Shown in pieces: positions 37,188 through 44,575 of a stretch of DNA of 53,627 nt (position 1 is the stretch's first letter; each line of letters starts with the position of its first letter). The stretch comes from a virus (lineage: Duplodnaviria > Caudoviricetes): positions 1-53,627 of the IMG/VR virus record IMGVR_UViG_3300012984_000020, one strand, 5' to 3'. Below the pieces are notes generated by a model, which was not told the DNA's origin, ran no database searches, and was given only the letters and a program-made list of their open reading frames with translations. The position numbers and the translations under genes are program-made.

Positions 37188-37217
37188 CAGGACTCCTTGA
37201 GGGTCATGGCCTATCGG

Positions 37218-37234
37218 TTGTGTAAGATTATACA
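37218..37234 (-). promoter_or_regulatory. Promoter/operator, copy 1 of the 17-bp repeat TGTATAATCTTACACAA
   Basis: Contains a perfect TATAAT; identical to 50406-50422. Confidence 0.6.
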
Positions 37235-37270
37235 TTAGAAATCGGCGTGAGGATCAAGAGCGTACTACCT

Positions 37271-38827
37271 TCACTCCGCCATCACGTCGTCGAACATGCC
37301 AGAGAGTTGGTAACTCTCCTCCACACGTCCTGCCAAGCGCTGAAAGGCCACGCGCTCCGCAGGGCTGTTCTGGATGTGCGTCACCGTGACCTTGTCGGCC
37401 ACCTGCCCCTGGCGATCTGAGCGGGCGATGCACTGAATGTAATGCTCAACGCTGTCCATCGGGCCGTAGAAGACCACGGCATCAGCACGGGTCAACGTCA
37501 ATCCATGCGCCGTCGTGCGCGGCTGCATCACCAGCCCGTCGAGTTCGTCTGTGTGCTGGAACTGGTTGACGATGTCGTTGCGCTTGGACTGCGGCACGCT
37601 GCCGTCGATGATGGCGACGTTGAAGCCGTGCTTGGACAGGAACTCGTGCAAGCGGTTGATGACCGCGGTGTTGACGGCGAACACGAGGAACTTGTTGCTC
37701 GCCTCGCGTACTACCTCCAGCAACACGTTCAGCCGTGGCGCGGCGTCGAACTCGATGACATCGCCGTCGTCGGTGCGCACGGACCCGGCGGAAATCTGCA
37801 GCAGCTTGCCCACCATGATGGCCTTGTTGACGGCGCTGATCTTCTCGCCGGCCGCCGTCGCCACCATCTGATCCTTCATCAGCTTGTAGTACTTGGCCTG
37901 TTGCGCCGACATCGGCACGTCGCGCGTCTCGATGATGACCGGCGGCAAGTCCAGGCATTGCTTCTTGCTGAAGCGTATTGCCGGTTGCAGCACGGCGTGC
38001 ACGAGGTCTTTGGCGTTGGGCCGCGGCACCCACTTGAACGTGCTGACCTTGAGCATCACCTTGTCCTTCCAGGCGCCCTTGTAGGCCGGCACGCTGGCGG
38101 GGTTCACGAGCTTGGCAAGGCCGTACGCCTGCTCGGGCGACTGCGCGGCCGGTGTGCCCGTCATCATCCACAGGAGGGTGTGGGGTTTCAGCAGCGCGTG
38201 CAACACCTTCCAGCGCATCGTTGTCGCGTTTGAATAGGCAGTGGCCTCGTCCACGATGATGAGGTCGAAGCGCCCGTCCTTCTTGACGGTCTCGGCGATC
38301 AGCGCCAGCCCGTCGTAGTTCACGATGACGAACTCGTAGCCCTGCTTGACGGCCTCGACGCGGCGCTTGGCGTCGGAGTGGTGCGCCACGACTGCGCTGC
38401 GGTGGATGATGCTCTTGTTGAAGTCGTTCATCCAGGCGCTGTGCATGATGGACACGGGGCACACGATCAGCACGCGCCGCACATGGCCCTGCGTCATTAG
38501 GTAGTCGGCCGCCCATAGCGCGCTCAGCGTCTTGCCCGTGCCCGCGTCGTTGAGCACGAAGCAGCGGCGGTGGATCGTGGTGAAGTCCGATGTGTCGCGC
38601 TGGTGGCTCATCGGCTTGTAGCGCCCCGGCCAGCCGTAGTCCTTGCGGATCGGCGACGGCGCATCGGCGATGCCGAGGTTGCGCAACACACGCACCTCGT
38701 CGAGCCCCCACTTCACATAGACGTTGTACCCACCAGGGATAGCCTCGACGTGCTTGTGCGGGATGACACTGAATCTGTCGGCGTTACGCACCTTCAGGTG
38801 CAACGCCTTGTTGTTCACGATTTGCAT
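37271..38827 (-). CDS. SNF2-family helicase
   Basis: 'DAGTGKT', 'IIVDEAT', 'MTGTP', 'HGLTLT', 'QCIARSDRQGQ'. Confidence 0.9.
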   Translation of the reverse strand: MQIVNNKALHLKVRNADRFSVIPHKHVEAIPGGYNVYVKWGLDEVRVLRNLGIADAPSPIRKDYGWPGRYKPMSHQRDTSDFTTIHRRCFVLNDAGTGKTLSALWAADYLMTQGHVRRVLIVCPVSIMHSAWMNDFNKSIIHRSAVVAHHSDAKRRVEAVKQGYEFVIVNYDGLALIAETVKKDGRFDLIIVDEATAYSNATTMRWKVLHALLKPHTLLWMMTGTPAAQSPEQAYGLAKLVNPASVPAYKGAWKDKVMLKVSTFKWVPRPNAKDLVHAVLQPAIRFSKKQCLDLPPVIIETRDVPMSAQQAKYYKLMKDQMVATAAGEKISAVNKAIMVGKLLQISAGSVRTDDGDVIEFDAAPRLNVLLEVVREASNKFLVFAVNTAVINRLHEFLSKHGFNVAIIDGSVPQSKRNDIVNQFQHTDELDGLVMQPRTTAHGLTLTRADAVVFYGPMDSVEHYIQCIARSDRQGQVADKVTVTHIQNSPAERVAFQRLAGRVEESYQLSGMFDDVMAE

Positions 38828-38841
38828 AGGGCCTCTAAAAG

Positions 38842-38880
38842 AAAAAAGGGCCAGCACCCGCTTTCGAGAGATGCTGGCCC
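38842..38880 (-). terminator. Rho-independent terminator upstream of the helicase gene
   Basis: Minus strand GGGCCAGCATCTCTC-GAAA-GCGGGTGCTGGCCC-TTTTTT. Confidence 0.75.
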
Positions 38881-38892
38881 GCCGGTAACTGA

Positions 38893-38907
38893 GGGAGGGA
38901 GGGAGGG
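38893..38907 (+). repeat. (GGGA)n tract with four G-triplets
   Basis: GGGAGGGAGGGAGGG, enclosed by a 9-bp inverted repeat (38877-38885/38917-38925). Confidence 0.85.
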
Positions 38908-38943
38908 AGGAGAAAGCCGGCGGGCACGGACCCTGGAAAAGTG

Positions 38944-39147
38944 TCAGTCCTTGAACGCGTCGATGCGGTCGCCGAGGATGCAGCTGTAGTGCAGCATATG
39001 GATGGCCTGATGGTGCAGGCGCACCTGCTCAGCGCTATCGGTAGCGGCGAAGACTGGCGAGCCGATGAACGCGTTCAGCGCTTCACGCTTGACATCGAGA
39101 TCGGCCTTCTCTTCGACGACACGCTGCTGGTAGGGCATGAGGGTCAT
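38944..39147 (-). CDS. crAss001_48-like small helical protein
   Basis: 'YQQRVVEEKADL..K..AL..FI......EQ..L..Q...M..Y..IL..RI..F' pattern. Confidence 0.7.
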   Translation of the reverse strand: MTLMPYQQRVVEEKADLDVKREALNAFIGSPVFAATDSAEQVRLHHQAIHMLHYSCILGDRIDAFKD

Positions 39148-39740
39148 ACGAGCTTCCGACGAGTTGCTGCCAGCGCGAACAGGCCCAGGCCAGCAAGCGC
39201 AAGAGATGCGGGCTCGGGCACTTGCGTGACGATGAACGGGTCAGGGCTGCCGGGCGGGAGAAACGTCATGTTCTGCGACAGCAGCGAGCCTTGCTTGTCA
39301 CCCGCGTCGTTTAGGAAGCGCAGCTTCAGGTGCGGCGTGTGCAGCGCGTCCAGCGCCAGCGAGCCGCCGGTCAGGTCGATCGTGAATGTCATGTCATTGG
39401 TCAACGCGATCGGAGGCGCTGCGTCGAAGCAGACGCCACCGCTGTCGCCACCGCTGCAGCCATTGGCATTCAGTTCGTTGGGCGAGTACACCCAGTTGCC
39501 CGGGGTCAGCGTACCGCCGGTCGGATCGAAGCCCAGGTCTTTGAAGCCCAGGTTGTCCAGCTTCGTGGCCGGACCCCAGTCGCCCGTGGCGTCCAGCGCG
39601 CCCTTGATGCGCAGCGTGAAGCTGTTGCTGTCGGTCTGGTTGAAACCAAACAGCACGCCTTGTTCGGCGTAGATGAACGTGGGCGCGGCCTGTGCGCTGA
39701 ACGCCAGCGCCGCGAGTACGGTGAGAAACACTTTCTTCAT
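39144..39740 (-). CDS. PEP-CTERM sorting-domain protein 1
   Basis: Signal peptide 'MKKVFLTVLAALAFSAQA'; C-terminal 'VPEPASLALAGLGLFALAATRRKLV' (VPEP, TM helix, basic cluster). Confidence 0.93.
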   Translation of the reverse strand: MKKVFLTVLAALAFSAQAAPTFIYAEQGVLFGFNQTDSNSFTLRIKGALDATGDWGPATKLDNLGFKDLGFDPTGGTLTPGNWVYSPNELNANGCSGGDSGGVCFDAAPPIALTNDMTFTIDLTGGSLALDALHTPHLKLRFLNDAGDKQGSLLSQNMTFLPPGSPDPFIVTQVPEPASLALAGLGLFALAATRRKLV

Positions 39741-39749
39741 GATGACTCC

Positions 39750-39899
39750 TTAAAAGCGTTTGTACCGAGAGTTGTTCCCGGTGGATCGGTTGGACTTCGG
39801 GTTCGGCCGCTTCTGATGCGGCGCGTAGCTGCGCTTGCTACGCGACCCCGACGAGCCGCCCCCGAGGAGCAGCGCAGCGAGTAGCTTGAAAAAACCCAT
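39750..39899 (-). CDS. Small basic peptide with a hydrophobic N-terminus (49 aa)
   Basis: MGFFKLLAALLLGGGSSG...RYKRF; fills the gap between the acb2-like and PEP-CTERM genes. Confidence 0.45.
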   Translation of the reverse strand: MGFFKLLAALLLGGGSSGSRSKRSYAPHQKRPNPKSNRSTGNNSRYKRF

Positions 39900-39906
39900 G
39901 CGCGCC

Positions 39907-40284
39907 TCAGAAGTTTTGGGGTTGAGCGATGCCGCGGACGACTTCCATGAAGCCCTGCTGCAGATGCGTGGCGCCGATGGACACCCAGCGCTGGTCGAGA
40001 GGCGGAGGCAGCAGGCCGCTTGCGCCGGGGCCGGGTGGCGTCCCGTGGGGGTGCAGGCGCAGCTTGGCGATGAACGCGCCGACCTGTTCGCCCAGCGCCT
40101 TGGCCTCGTTGATGAGCGCAAGCTCCTCGGGGCTCAGGTCGCGGTACGTGATGAGCACGCGCTTGGCTGCGGACTCGTAGACTTCTTTGGCGTCGGTGCG
40201 CAGGGCCGGGTCGAGGTTCGCCATGACGACCTCTTCACCGGCACGAATCTGTGCCGCTTGGATTTGTTGGGTCAGGTCGCTCAT
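39907..40284 (-). CDS. acb2: Acb2-like anti-CBASS cyclic-oligonucleotide sponge
   Basis: 'YRDLSPEELALINEAKALG...QRWVSIGATHLQQGFMEVVRGIAQPQNF' follows the Acb2 pattern (YRDLS..E...K; RW..IG.T..Q.G.M...R.IAQP..F). ATGA-coupled start at 40284. Confidence 0.85.
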   Translation of the reverse strand: MSDLTQQIQAAQIRAGEEVVMANLDPALRTDAKEVYESAAKRVLITYRDLSPEELALINEAKALGEQVGAFIAKLRLHPHGTPPGPGASGLLPPPLDQRWVSIGATHLQQGFMEVVRGIAQPQNF

Positions 40285-40790
40285 ACGAAGCTCGCTACGG
40301 TGACGACGACCATCTTGAGATCGCGGATGCGCACAGGTTCGAGGAACACCTCGTGATCGCTCTTGGCCGCGGCCTTCTTGTCGATGGTCTGCATACGCAG
40401 TGCGTTGTGCGTCTTCAGTAGTTCGGCGATCGGCACCTCGAAGAACAACTCCTGATCGGTTAGATCGGTCAGCTGCTCCTCGCCGGTATGGAGGACGCGC
40501 TTGTTCAGCGGGAGGCGTTCGTCGGTGTCGGCGATGAAGACCTTGACGATGCGGACAGGTGTTGGCATGACGGGTTTCACTTTCTGGGTTTCGGAATCGA
40601 CGTAGGCTTGCGCAGGGCCGGGTTGCAGGCGCCGCGGCTCGCCGATCTGCAGGCCCTGCGCTTGCGCGAGTCCGCGCTTCGCCAAGTAGTCGGCCTGATC
40701 GCTCTGCTTCGGCGCGGGCGGCATCTGGTTGAACATCGGCTCCACGACGCTGGTGCTGTACGCCGCGCCGCTGATGGTCGGCAGTTCCAT
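40281..40790 (-). CDS. Hypothetical phage protein
   Basis: 'RIVKVFIAD...LTDLTDQELFFE...LEPVRIRDLKMVVVTVA'; coupled to its neighbours. Confidence 0.7.
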   Translation of the reverse strand: MELPTISGAAYSTSVVEPMFNQMPPAPKQSDQADYLAKRGLAQAQGLQIGEPRRLQPGPAQAYVDSETQKVKPVMPTPVRIVKVFIADTDERLPLNKRVLHTGEEQLTDLTDQELFFEVPIAELLKTHNALRMQTIDKKAAAKSDHEVFLEPVRIRDLKMVVVTVASFV

Positions 40791-40972
40791 CAGTCGGTCC
40801 CGCCTTCAGGCACCGACGGCGCCGGGGGCTGGTTCTCGGCGTACTGCAGAGAGGTGGCCGCTTGCGCCAGCGCCAGTGCGCCTTGCGCATACTGCGCCGC
40901 GTCGTAGCCATTGGTGCCGGCGACGGCCTTGTCCGCCAGCGCCTCGGCTGCTGCGATCAGTTTTGCATTCAT
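40790..40972 (-). CDS. Small hypothetical protein
   Basis: GGAG SD; 'AAQYAQGALALAQA'. Confidence 0.55.
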   Translation of the reverse strand: MNAKLIAAAEALADKAVAGTNGYDAAQYAQGALALAQAATSLQYAENQPPAPSVPEGGTD

Positions 40973-40974
40973 GT

Positions 40975-41172
40975 TTACTCCATCCATTCATCAATGAGGT
41001 TGGCGATACGCGTGACTTCCAGCGGCGGGCCGCTGATGGTGAAGTCGCTGAAGCACAAGCCCCAGTCCTCGGTCCAGAAGATCAGCGGGTTCCCCTTACA
41101 CAACAGCGTCAGCAGCTTGCGCACGCCGCGGCGCGAGAAGAGGCTTGCACGGATGTGCTGGGTGTCCACCAT
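40975..41172 (-). CDS. Small hypothetical protein
   Basis: Tightly packed ORF in the operon. Confidence 0.45.
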   Translation of the reverse strand: MVDTQHIRASLFSRRGVRKLLTLLCKGNPLIFWTEDWGLCFSDFTISGPPLEVTRIANLIDEWME

Positions 41173-41357
41173 CACGCGGCCTTGCTGCGCTTGCGCTTCA
41201 CCGGCACCGGGGGCAGCAGCTTCGCAGCGGCACGGATGCCGGCGCTCAGGTTGCCGTCGCCTGCGTACCGCAGCAGGTCGGCCGTCTCGGTTGGCATGGA
41301 CACGTTGAAGCGCTCCACAGGTGCCTTACCGATCAGGGCCTTGGTTGTCTTAGTCAT
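41172..41357 (-). CDS. Ribbon-helix-helix-like DNA-binding protein
   Basis: 'ERFNVSMPTETADLLRYAGDGNLSAGIRAA' has a beta-alpha-alpha pattern. Confidence 0.55.
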   Translation of the reverse strand: MTKTTKALIGKAPVERFNVSMPTETADLLRYAGDGNLSAGIRAAAKLLPPVPVKRKRSKAA

Positions 41358-41466
41358 CAAGCAAGTCTCCTACGTCGATACCGCCGCCCAGTTTCCAGCA
41401 CAACCAGAACAGGAAGGCGACGAAGCCCATCAAGCCCACGATCACCAGCACCGTGAGCGCATCCAC
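41350..41466 (-). CDS. Small membrane peptide (38 aa)
   Basis: GTG start overlaps the upstream TAG; single TM helix. Confidence 0.45.
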   Translation of the reverse strand: MDALTVLVIVGLMGFVAFLFWLCWKLGGGIDVGDLLDD

Positions 41467-41600
41467 TACGGCGTGTCCTTGTCCGACAGGCGCTTGCCGA
41501 TCGCCTCGAACCACTTGCCGATCGTGCCGTACGTCTTGCCGATCCACAGGCCGAGGTAGAAGCACGCGATCATGAACAGGATGAGGATGAAGTCAACCAT
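41466..41600 (-). CDS. Small membrane peptide (44 aa)
   Basis: AGGAG SD; MVDFILILFMIACFYLGLWIGK...; too short for the ORF track. Confidence 0.55.
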   Translation of the reverse strand: MVDFILILFMIACFYLGLWIGKTYGTIGKWFEAIGKRLSDKDTP

Positions 41601-41611
41601 GAAGGTCTCCT

Positions 41612-41632
41612 GAAGAGGGGGCCGAAGCCCCC
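41612..41632 (-). terminator. UUCG hairpin/terminator after the vWA gene
   Basis: Minus strand GGGGGC-TTCG-GCCCCC-TCTTC. Confidence 0.55.
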
Positions 41633-41638
41633 GGTGGA

Positions 41639-42253
41639 TCAGCCGTCGATGGCAGCCAGGATCAGTTCAGCCGTCGAAGCGAACGCATCGACTTCGGCAA
41701 CCGTCTTGGCGTCAACGATATCGAACTTGGCGCCCTTCAGGTTGTCGTCCAAGTCCTGCAGGAACTTGGTGGCGTACTTGTCGTCGCCGACCTGCACGAA
41801 CAGCACCGTGCACGCGTCATCGCTGACTTGGCTGTTGGCTTGGTTCAGGATGACCTTCTTCACGGCTTCTGCGTCGTCCGGCACGCCGTCGGTGTACACG
41901 ACGATGAAGTCCTTCTTGGCGCTCTTGCCGGCCATGCTGAACGCCTTGGTCAGCGCCTCGGCCAGCGGCGTGCCGCCGCGCGGTGCCAAGTCCTTGAAGA
42001 TATCCAGCGCGTTGGCTTCGGTGACGTTCTCCCAGGCAGCGATGTTGCCGCCCAGCTGAACCATGCCGATGCCGTCGCTGTCGATCTGCGAGATGTCGCG
42101 GATCAGCGTGCGTAGGGACTCCTGCATGGCAGTCCAGCGGGTCGGGGAGGTGGTGCCGGCCTTGTTGGGCTCAGCCATCGAGCCGCTGGTGTCAACGACG
42201 GCGATGAAGTCGAACTCGGAAAGGCGCGCGATTGCGTTTGCGTCGAGGGTCAT
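41639..42253 (-). CDS. Stand-alone von Willebrand factor A (vWA) domain protein
   Basis: MIDAS 'VVDTSGSM', 'GGTPLAEAL', 'VYTDGVPD', 'FVQVGDD...FLQDLDD...FDIVD'. Confidence 0.88.
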   Translation of the reverse strand: MTLDANAIARLSEFDFIAVVDTSGSMAEPNKAGTTSPTRWTAMQESLRTLIRDISQIDSDGIGMVQLGGNIAAWENVTEANALDIFKDLAPRGGTPLAEALTKAFSMAGKSAKKDFIVVYTDGVPDDAEAVKKVILNQANSQVSDDACTVLFVQVGDDKYATKFLQDLDDNLKGAKFDIVDAKTVAEVDAFASTAELILAAIDG

Positions 42254-42300
42254 TGCAGTTCCTATCAGGTGGTTGATCCCGGCTCCGTGCCGGTGATCGC

Positions 42301-42328
42301 AGTATACACACGACTTGTGTATACACAA
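42301..42328 (-). promoter_or_regulatory. Promoter with overlapping palindromic operator upstream of the vWA gene
   Basis: -10 TATACT; inverted repeat GTATACACA-N5-TGTGTATAC and palindrome TTGTGTATACACAA (42315-42328). Confidence 0.65.
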
Positions 42329-42336
42329 CAAATTTT

Positions 42337-42426
42337 TTAATCGCCGTCCAACAGCCACTTCCAGATCACCACAATGATGACGATCGTGACGAGCGTCAGC
42401 ACCCAGTCGATTTGTGCTTCTGTCAT
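42337..42426 (-). CDS. Small membrane peptide (29 aa)
   Basis: ATGA overlap with the HNH stop; MTEAQIDWVLTLVTIVIIVVIWKWLLDGD. Confidence 0.5.
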   Translation of the reverse strand: MTEAQIDWVLTLVTIVIIVVIWKWLLDGD

Positions 42427-42695
42427 TTGACGTTCGGAACTTTGTACGACTTCTTGCCCTTGCGCCATGCCCGGTTCTCGGCCGGCGACTGCACGCCCAG
42501 GTTGCTCGGCGCGTTACCGCCGCCGTTGTCCAGTGCTGTCTTGTGGATCACGTCCTTGCCGTCGCCGATGGGCGAGGCGCCCGACTTTATCGCAGCCCGC
42601 TGCGCGGCCTTGCGCTTGGTCTGCGCCTTGACCTGCGCCGGGGTGTCGTTGTAGGCGTGTTGGTACGCCAGCTTGGCCTTGGTGGATTTAGGCAT
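42423..42695 (-). CDS. Small HNH-like endonuclease
   Basis: 'DGKDVIHK..L..GGGN..SNL.V.S..ENR'. Confidence 0.7.
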   Translation of the reverse strand: MPKSTKAKLAYQHAYNDTPAQVKAQTKRKAAQRAAIKSGASPIGDGKDVIHKTALDNGGGNAPSNLGVQSPAENRAWRKGKKSYKVPNVK

Positions 42696-42698
42696 GGT

Positions 42699-43058
42699 TC
42701 ACTCCTTCCCGTAGTCCGGGTGCTTGCGGTTCATGTGGGCAGCGAGTTGCTTGAAGCTGCGCTTGCAGCAGGGGCACACGCCGTGCGAGATGCGCTTGCG
42801 CAAGCGCTCCGTCTCGGCCTGCGCCGCGGTGGCTTGCTGGGCGAGGCGCGTCTTCTCGATCTCGGCCGCGCTGAGCGCCTTGCGCAGCTTGTCGGCCTCG
42901 CTCGCGCCGGGGAAGTTCTGCGTGTGTCCGCTCGGGCAGTAGAAGCTGCGGTGCGACTCGCGCAGCGAGCGCTCAAGCGCTTCGCTCAGCACGATCGGTG
43001 CGCCGCAGCTGCAGCAGTCGAGCAGGTTCAGTTTGAGGTTGATCTCGATGGTTTCCAT
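42699..43058 (-). CDS. Zinc-finger/coiled-coil protein
   Basis: 'CCSCG', 'FYCPSGH', coiled coil, C-terminal 'CPCCKRSF..L..HM..KH'. Confidence 0.7.
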   Translation of the reverse strand: METIEINLKLNLLDCCSCGAPIVLSEALERSLRESHRSFYCPSGHTQNFPGASEADKLRKALSAAEIEKTRLAQQATAAQAETERLRKRISHGVCPCCKRSFKQLAAHMNRKHPDYGKE

Positions 43059-43720
43059 TACCTGATCCCCTGGAATTCGCACGTCGTCACTTCGCAGTAC
43101 TTCTTGCACAACCCGTTCTGCTTGGGCGGCCAATGGTTGCTGGCGATCGACGCCTCGATGGCGCCAGAGCGCTCGCGCCAGCGCCACCACAACTGCTCGG
43201 CTTGGTGGCGCTTCACCTTGTGTTTCGCCACTGTGCCCTTGAGCACGAATAGTAAGCCGCCGGACACGCTCTGCACAGTCGGGAAATGCTGGAAGATCAT
43301 CAGCGCCATGAGCAGTAGCTGATCGGTGTCTGGGTACTTGTCGCCACCAGACTTGTAGTCGTAGCAGCGCGCCGTGGTGCGGTCGGGCGAGAGGATGATG
43401 AGGTCGGCCACGCCGCGCACCCAGCAGTCCTTGGCGAAGAAGTCACAGGGCGTGAGGTCTTCCTTCAGGCCCATCTTCCACTCGCACAGCTTGTCGCCCG
43501 GCATGGCCTTGAGCGAGTCCATGATCGGCTGCATGAACTTGAAGTCCTTGCCGAGCGGGGTGTTGTAGAGGATGAAGTGCTCGGCCTGCTTGTGCAGTTC
43601 CGTGCCGTACAGGTTCGAGGCGTTGTCCTGCTTGGGGAAGTGCTTGAGTATCTTGACCTCGTGGAACTTCCGGCGGCACGTCTCGTAGTCCTTGATGGTG
43701 GAATATGACCAAGTCAGCAT
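43058..43720 (-). CDS. PD-(D/E)xK exonuclease (RecB/Cas4-like)
   Basis: 'WSYS...C', 'GTELH', 'RGVADL', 'DYKSG', 'QL', terminal 'LCKKYCEVTTC'. Confidence 0.85.
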   Translation of the reverse strand: MLTWSYSTIKDYETCRRKFHEVKILKHFPKQDNASNLYGTELHKQAEHFILYNTPLGKDFKFMQPIMDSLKAMPGDKLCEWKMGLKEDLTPCDFFAKDCWVRGVADLIILSPDRTTARCYDYKSGGDKYPDTDQLLLMALMIFQHFPTVQSVSGGLLFVLKGTVAKHKVKRHQAEQLWWRWRERSGAIEASIASNHWPPKQNGLCKKYCEVTTCEFQGIR

Positions 43721-43806
43721 GTCTTCTCCTTCTCTCGCTTCAGACAGACGTGGCACTTCTTGCCGCCGTTGCGCCAGCAGTAGCAGCGCATCTGGTATGC
43801 CTTCAT
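43714..43806 (-). CDS. Cys-rich micro-ORF (30 aa)
   Basis: GGAGG SD; MKAYQMRCYCWRNGGKKCHVCLKREKEKTC; overlaps the nuclease start. Confidence 0.45.
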   Translation of the reverse strand: MKAYQMRCYCWRNGGKKCHVCLKREKEKTC

Positions 43807-43817
43807 GATGCCTCCAT

Positions 43818-43845
43818 AAAAAAGCCCCCAGCCTACGCTGGGGGC
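43818..43845 (-). terminator. Rho-independent terminator of PEP-CTERM gene 2
   Basis: Minus strand GCCCCCAGC-GTAG-GCTGGGGGC-TTTTTT. Confidence 0.85.
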
Positions 43846-43864
43846 CATGCCATTCAGACGCGAT

Positions 43865-44476
43865 TTAAGCGGCCTTGCGGCGACGAACGACGCCGGCAGC
43901 CATCAGGCCCAGTCCGACCAGCGCCAACGACGCAGGCTCGGGCACATTGGACTCGTTCACCTGCAGGTTGCCGGTGTAGCTGGCCGGCTGGTTGCCAGCG
44001 AGGCCAGAGATCGTGCCGGTGATGCTGAAGGCGTACCGGCCGGCGGCCAGATCGGTGAAGTCGATCACCGTGGCGTAGGCCGGGTTGGTGAACCCGTCCG
44101 CAATCATGGCGCCGGGGGTCAGCGCCGAGCACAGACCGCCTACCGTCGGCCCGTTCGGCGCGCAATTGCTGCCCGTCACGCTGAACAGCTGCACATCGAA
44201 GTTCGAGATGTTTCCGATCGGCAGGAAGATCGCGTTGACGGACGCGGCGCCGGCTGGGTTGATGTCGAAGACCCACCAATTCGTGAAGGCACCATTGAAG
44301 CCGGTCGTAGCGTTTCCGAAGGTGCTGTTGTCGTCGGTGAGCGGGCTGTGGGTGCCGAGGTAGGTGCCCGGCTGGCCCTGCAGGTACGCGCAGTTGTTGC
44401 AGACCACACCGGCCGAGGCCGCGGCGGACATCGCCAGCATGGCAAGCGCGCCGAGGAAAGATTTGAGCTTGAGCAT
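43865..44476 (-). CDS. PEP-CTERM sorting-domain protein 2 (FxDxF-like)
   Basis: Signal peptide 'MLKLKSFLGALAMLAMSAAASA'; 'FTNWWVF', 'LAAGRYAFSITG', 'SYTGNL'; C-terminal 'VPEPASLALVGLGLMAAGVVRRRKAA'; AGGAG SD. Confidence 0.93.
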   Translation of the reverse strand: MLKLKSFLGALAMLAMSAAASAGVVCNNCAYLQGQPGTYLGTHSPLTDDNSTFGNATTGFNGAFTNWWVFDINPAGAASVNAIFLPIGNISNFDVQLFSVTGSNCAPNGPTVGGLCSALTPGAMIADGFTNPAYATVIDFTDLAAGRYAFSITGTISGLAGNQPASYTGNLQVNESNVPEPASLALVGLGLMAAGVVRRRKAA

Positions 44477-44528
44477 GTGAACTCCTAGGAGGTTGACGGG
44501 ACGGGGAAAACCCCCGCTGACTATACAA

Positions 44529-44544
44529 AGCAAGCATCTTGCCG
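44529..44544 (-). promoter_or_regulatory. Sigma54 (-24/-12) promoter
   Basis: Minus strand CGGCAAGATGCTTGCT versus consensus TGGCACGNNNNTTGCW; exact GG-N10-GC spacing. Confidence 0.75.
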
Positions 44545-44552
44545 CCGTTATG

Positions 44553-44565
44553 GATCAATGACTTG
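44553..44565 (+). promoter_or_regulatory. IHF-like binding site
   Basis: GATCAATGACTTG versus WATCAANNNNTTR (one mismatch); lies between the enhancer and the sigma54 site. Confidence 0.55.
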
Positions 44566-44575
44566 CGGAGGGTGG

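Noticed and set aside
39741-39800. Sigma54 promoter for PEP-CTERM gene 1
   Set aside because: No convincing -24/-12 match; the gene is embedded in an operon with only an SD upstream.
39907-40911. 334-aa ORF as listed in the track
   Set aside because: Its upstream part overlaps two better-supported genes in other frames; the real gene most likely starts at 40284.
43058-43720. Cas4 as part of a CRISPR system
   Set aside because: No repeat-spacer array or other cas genes were seen; stand-alone PD-(D/E)xK nucleases are common in phage replication modules.
44519-44526. Sigma70 -10 (TATAGT) for PEP-CTERM gene 2
   Set aside because: No suitably spaced -35, and the sigma54, IHF and enhancer arrangement explains the region better. 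Not fully excluded.
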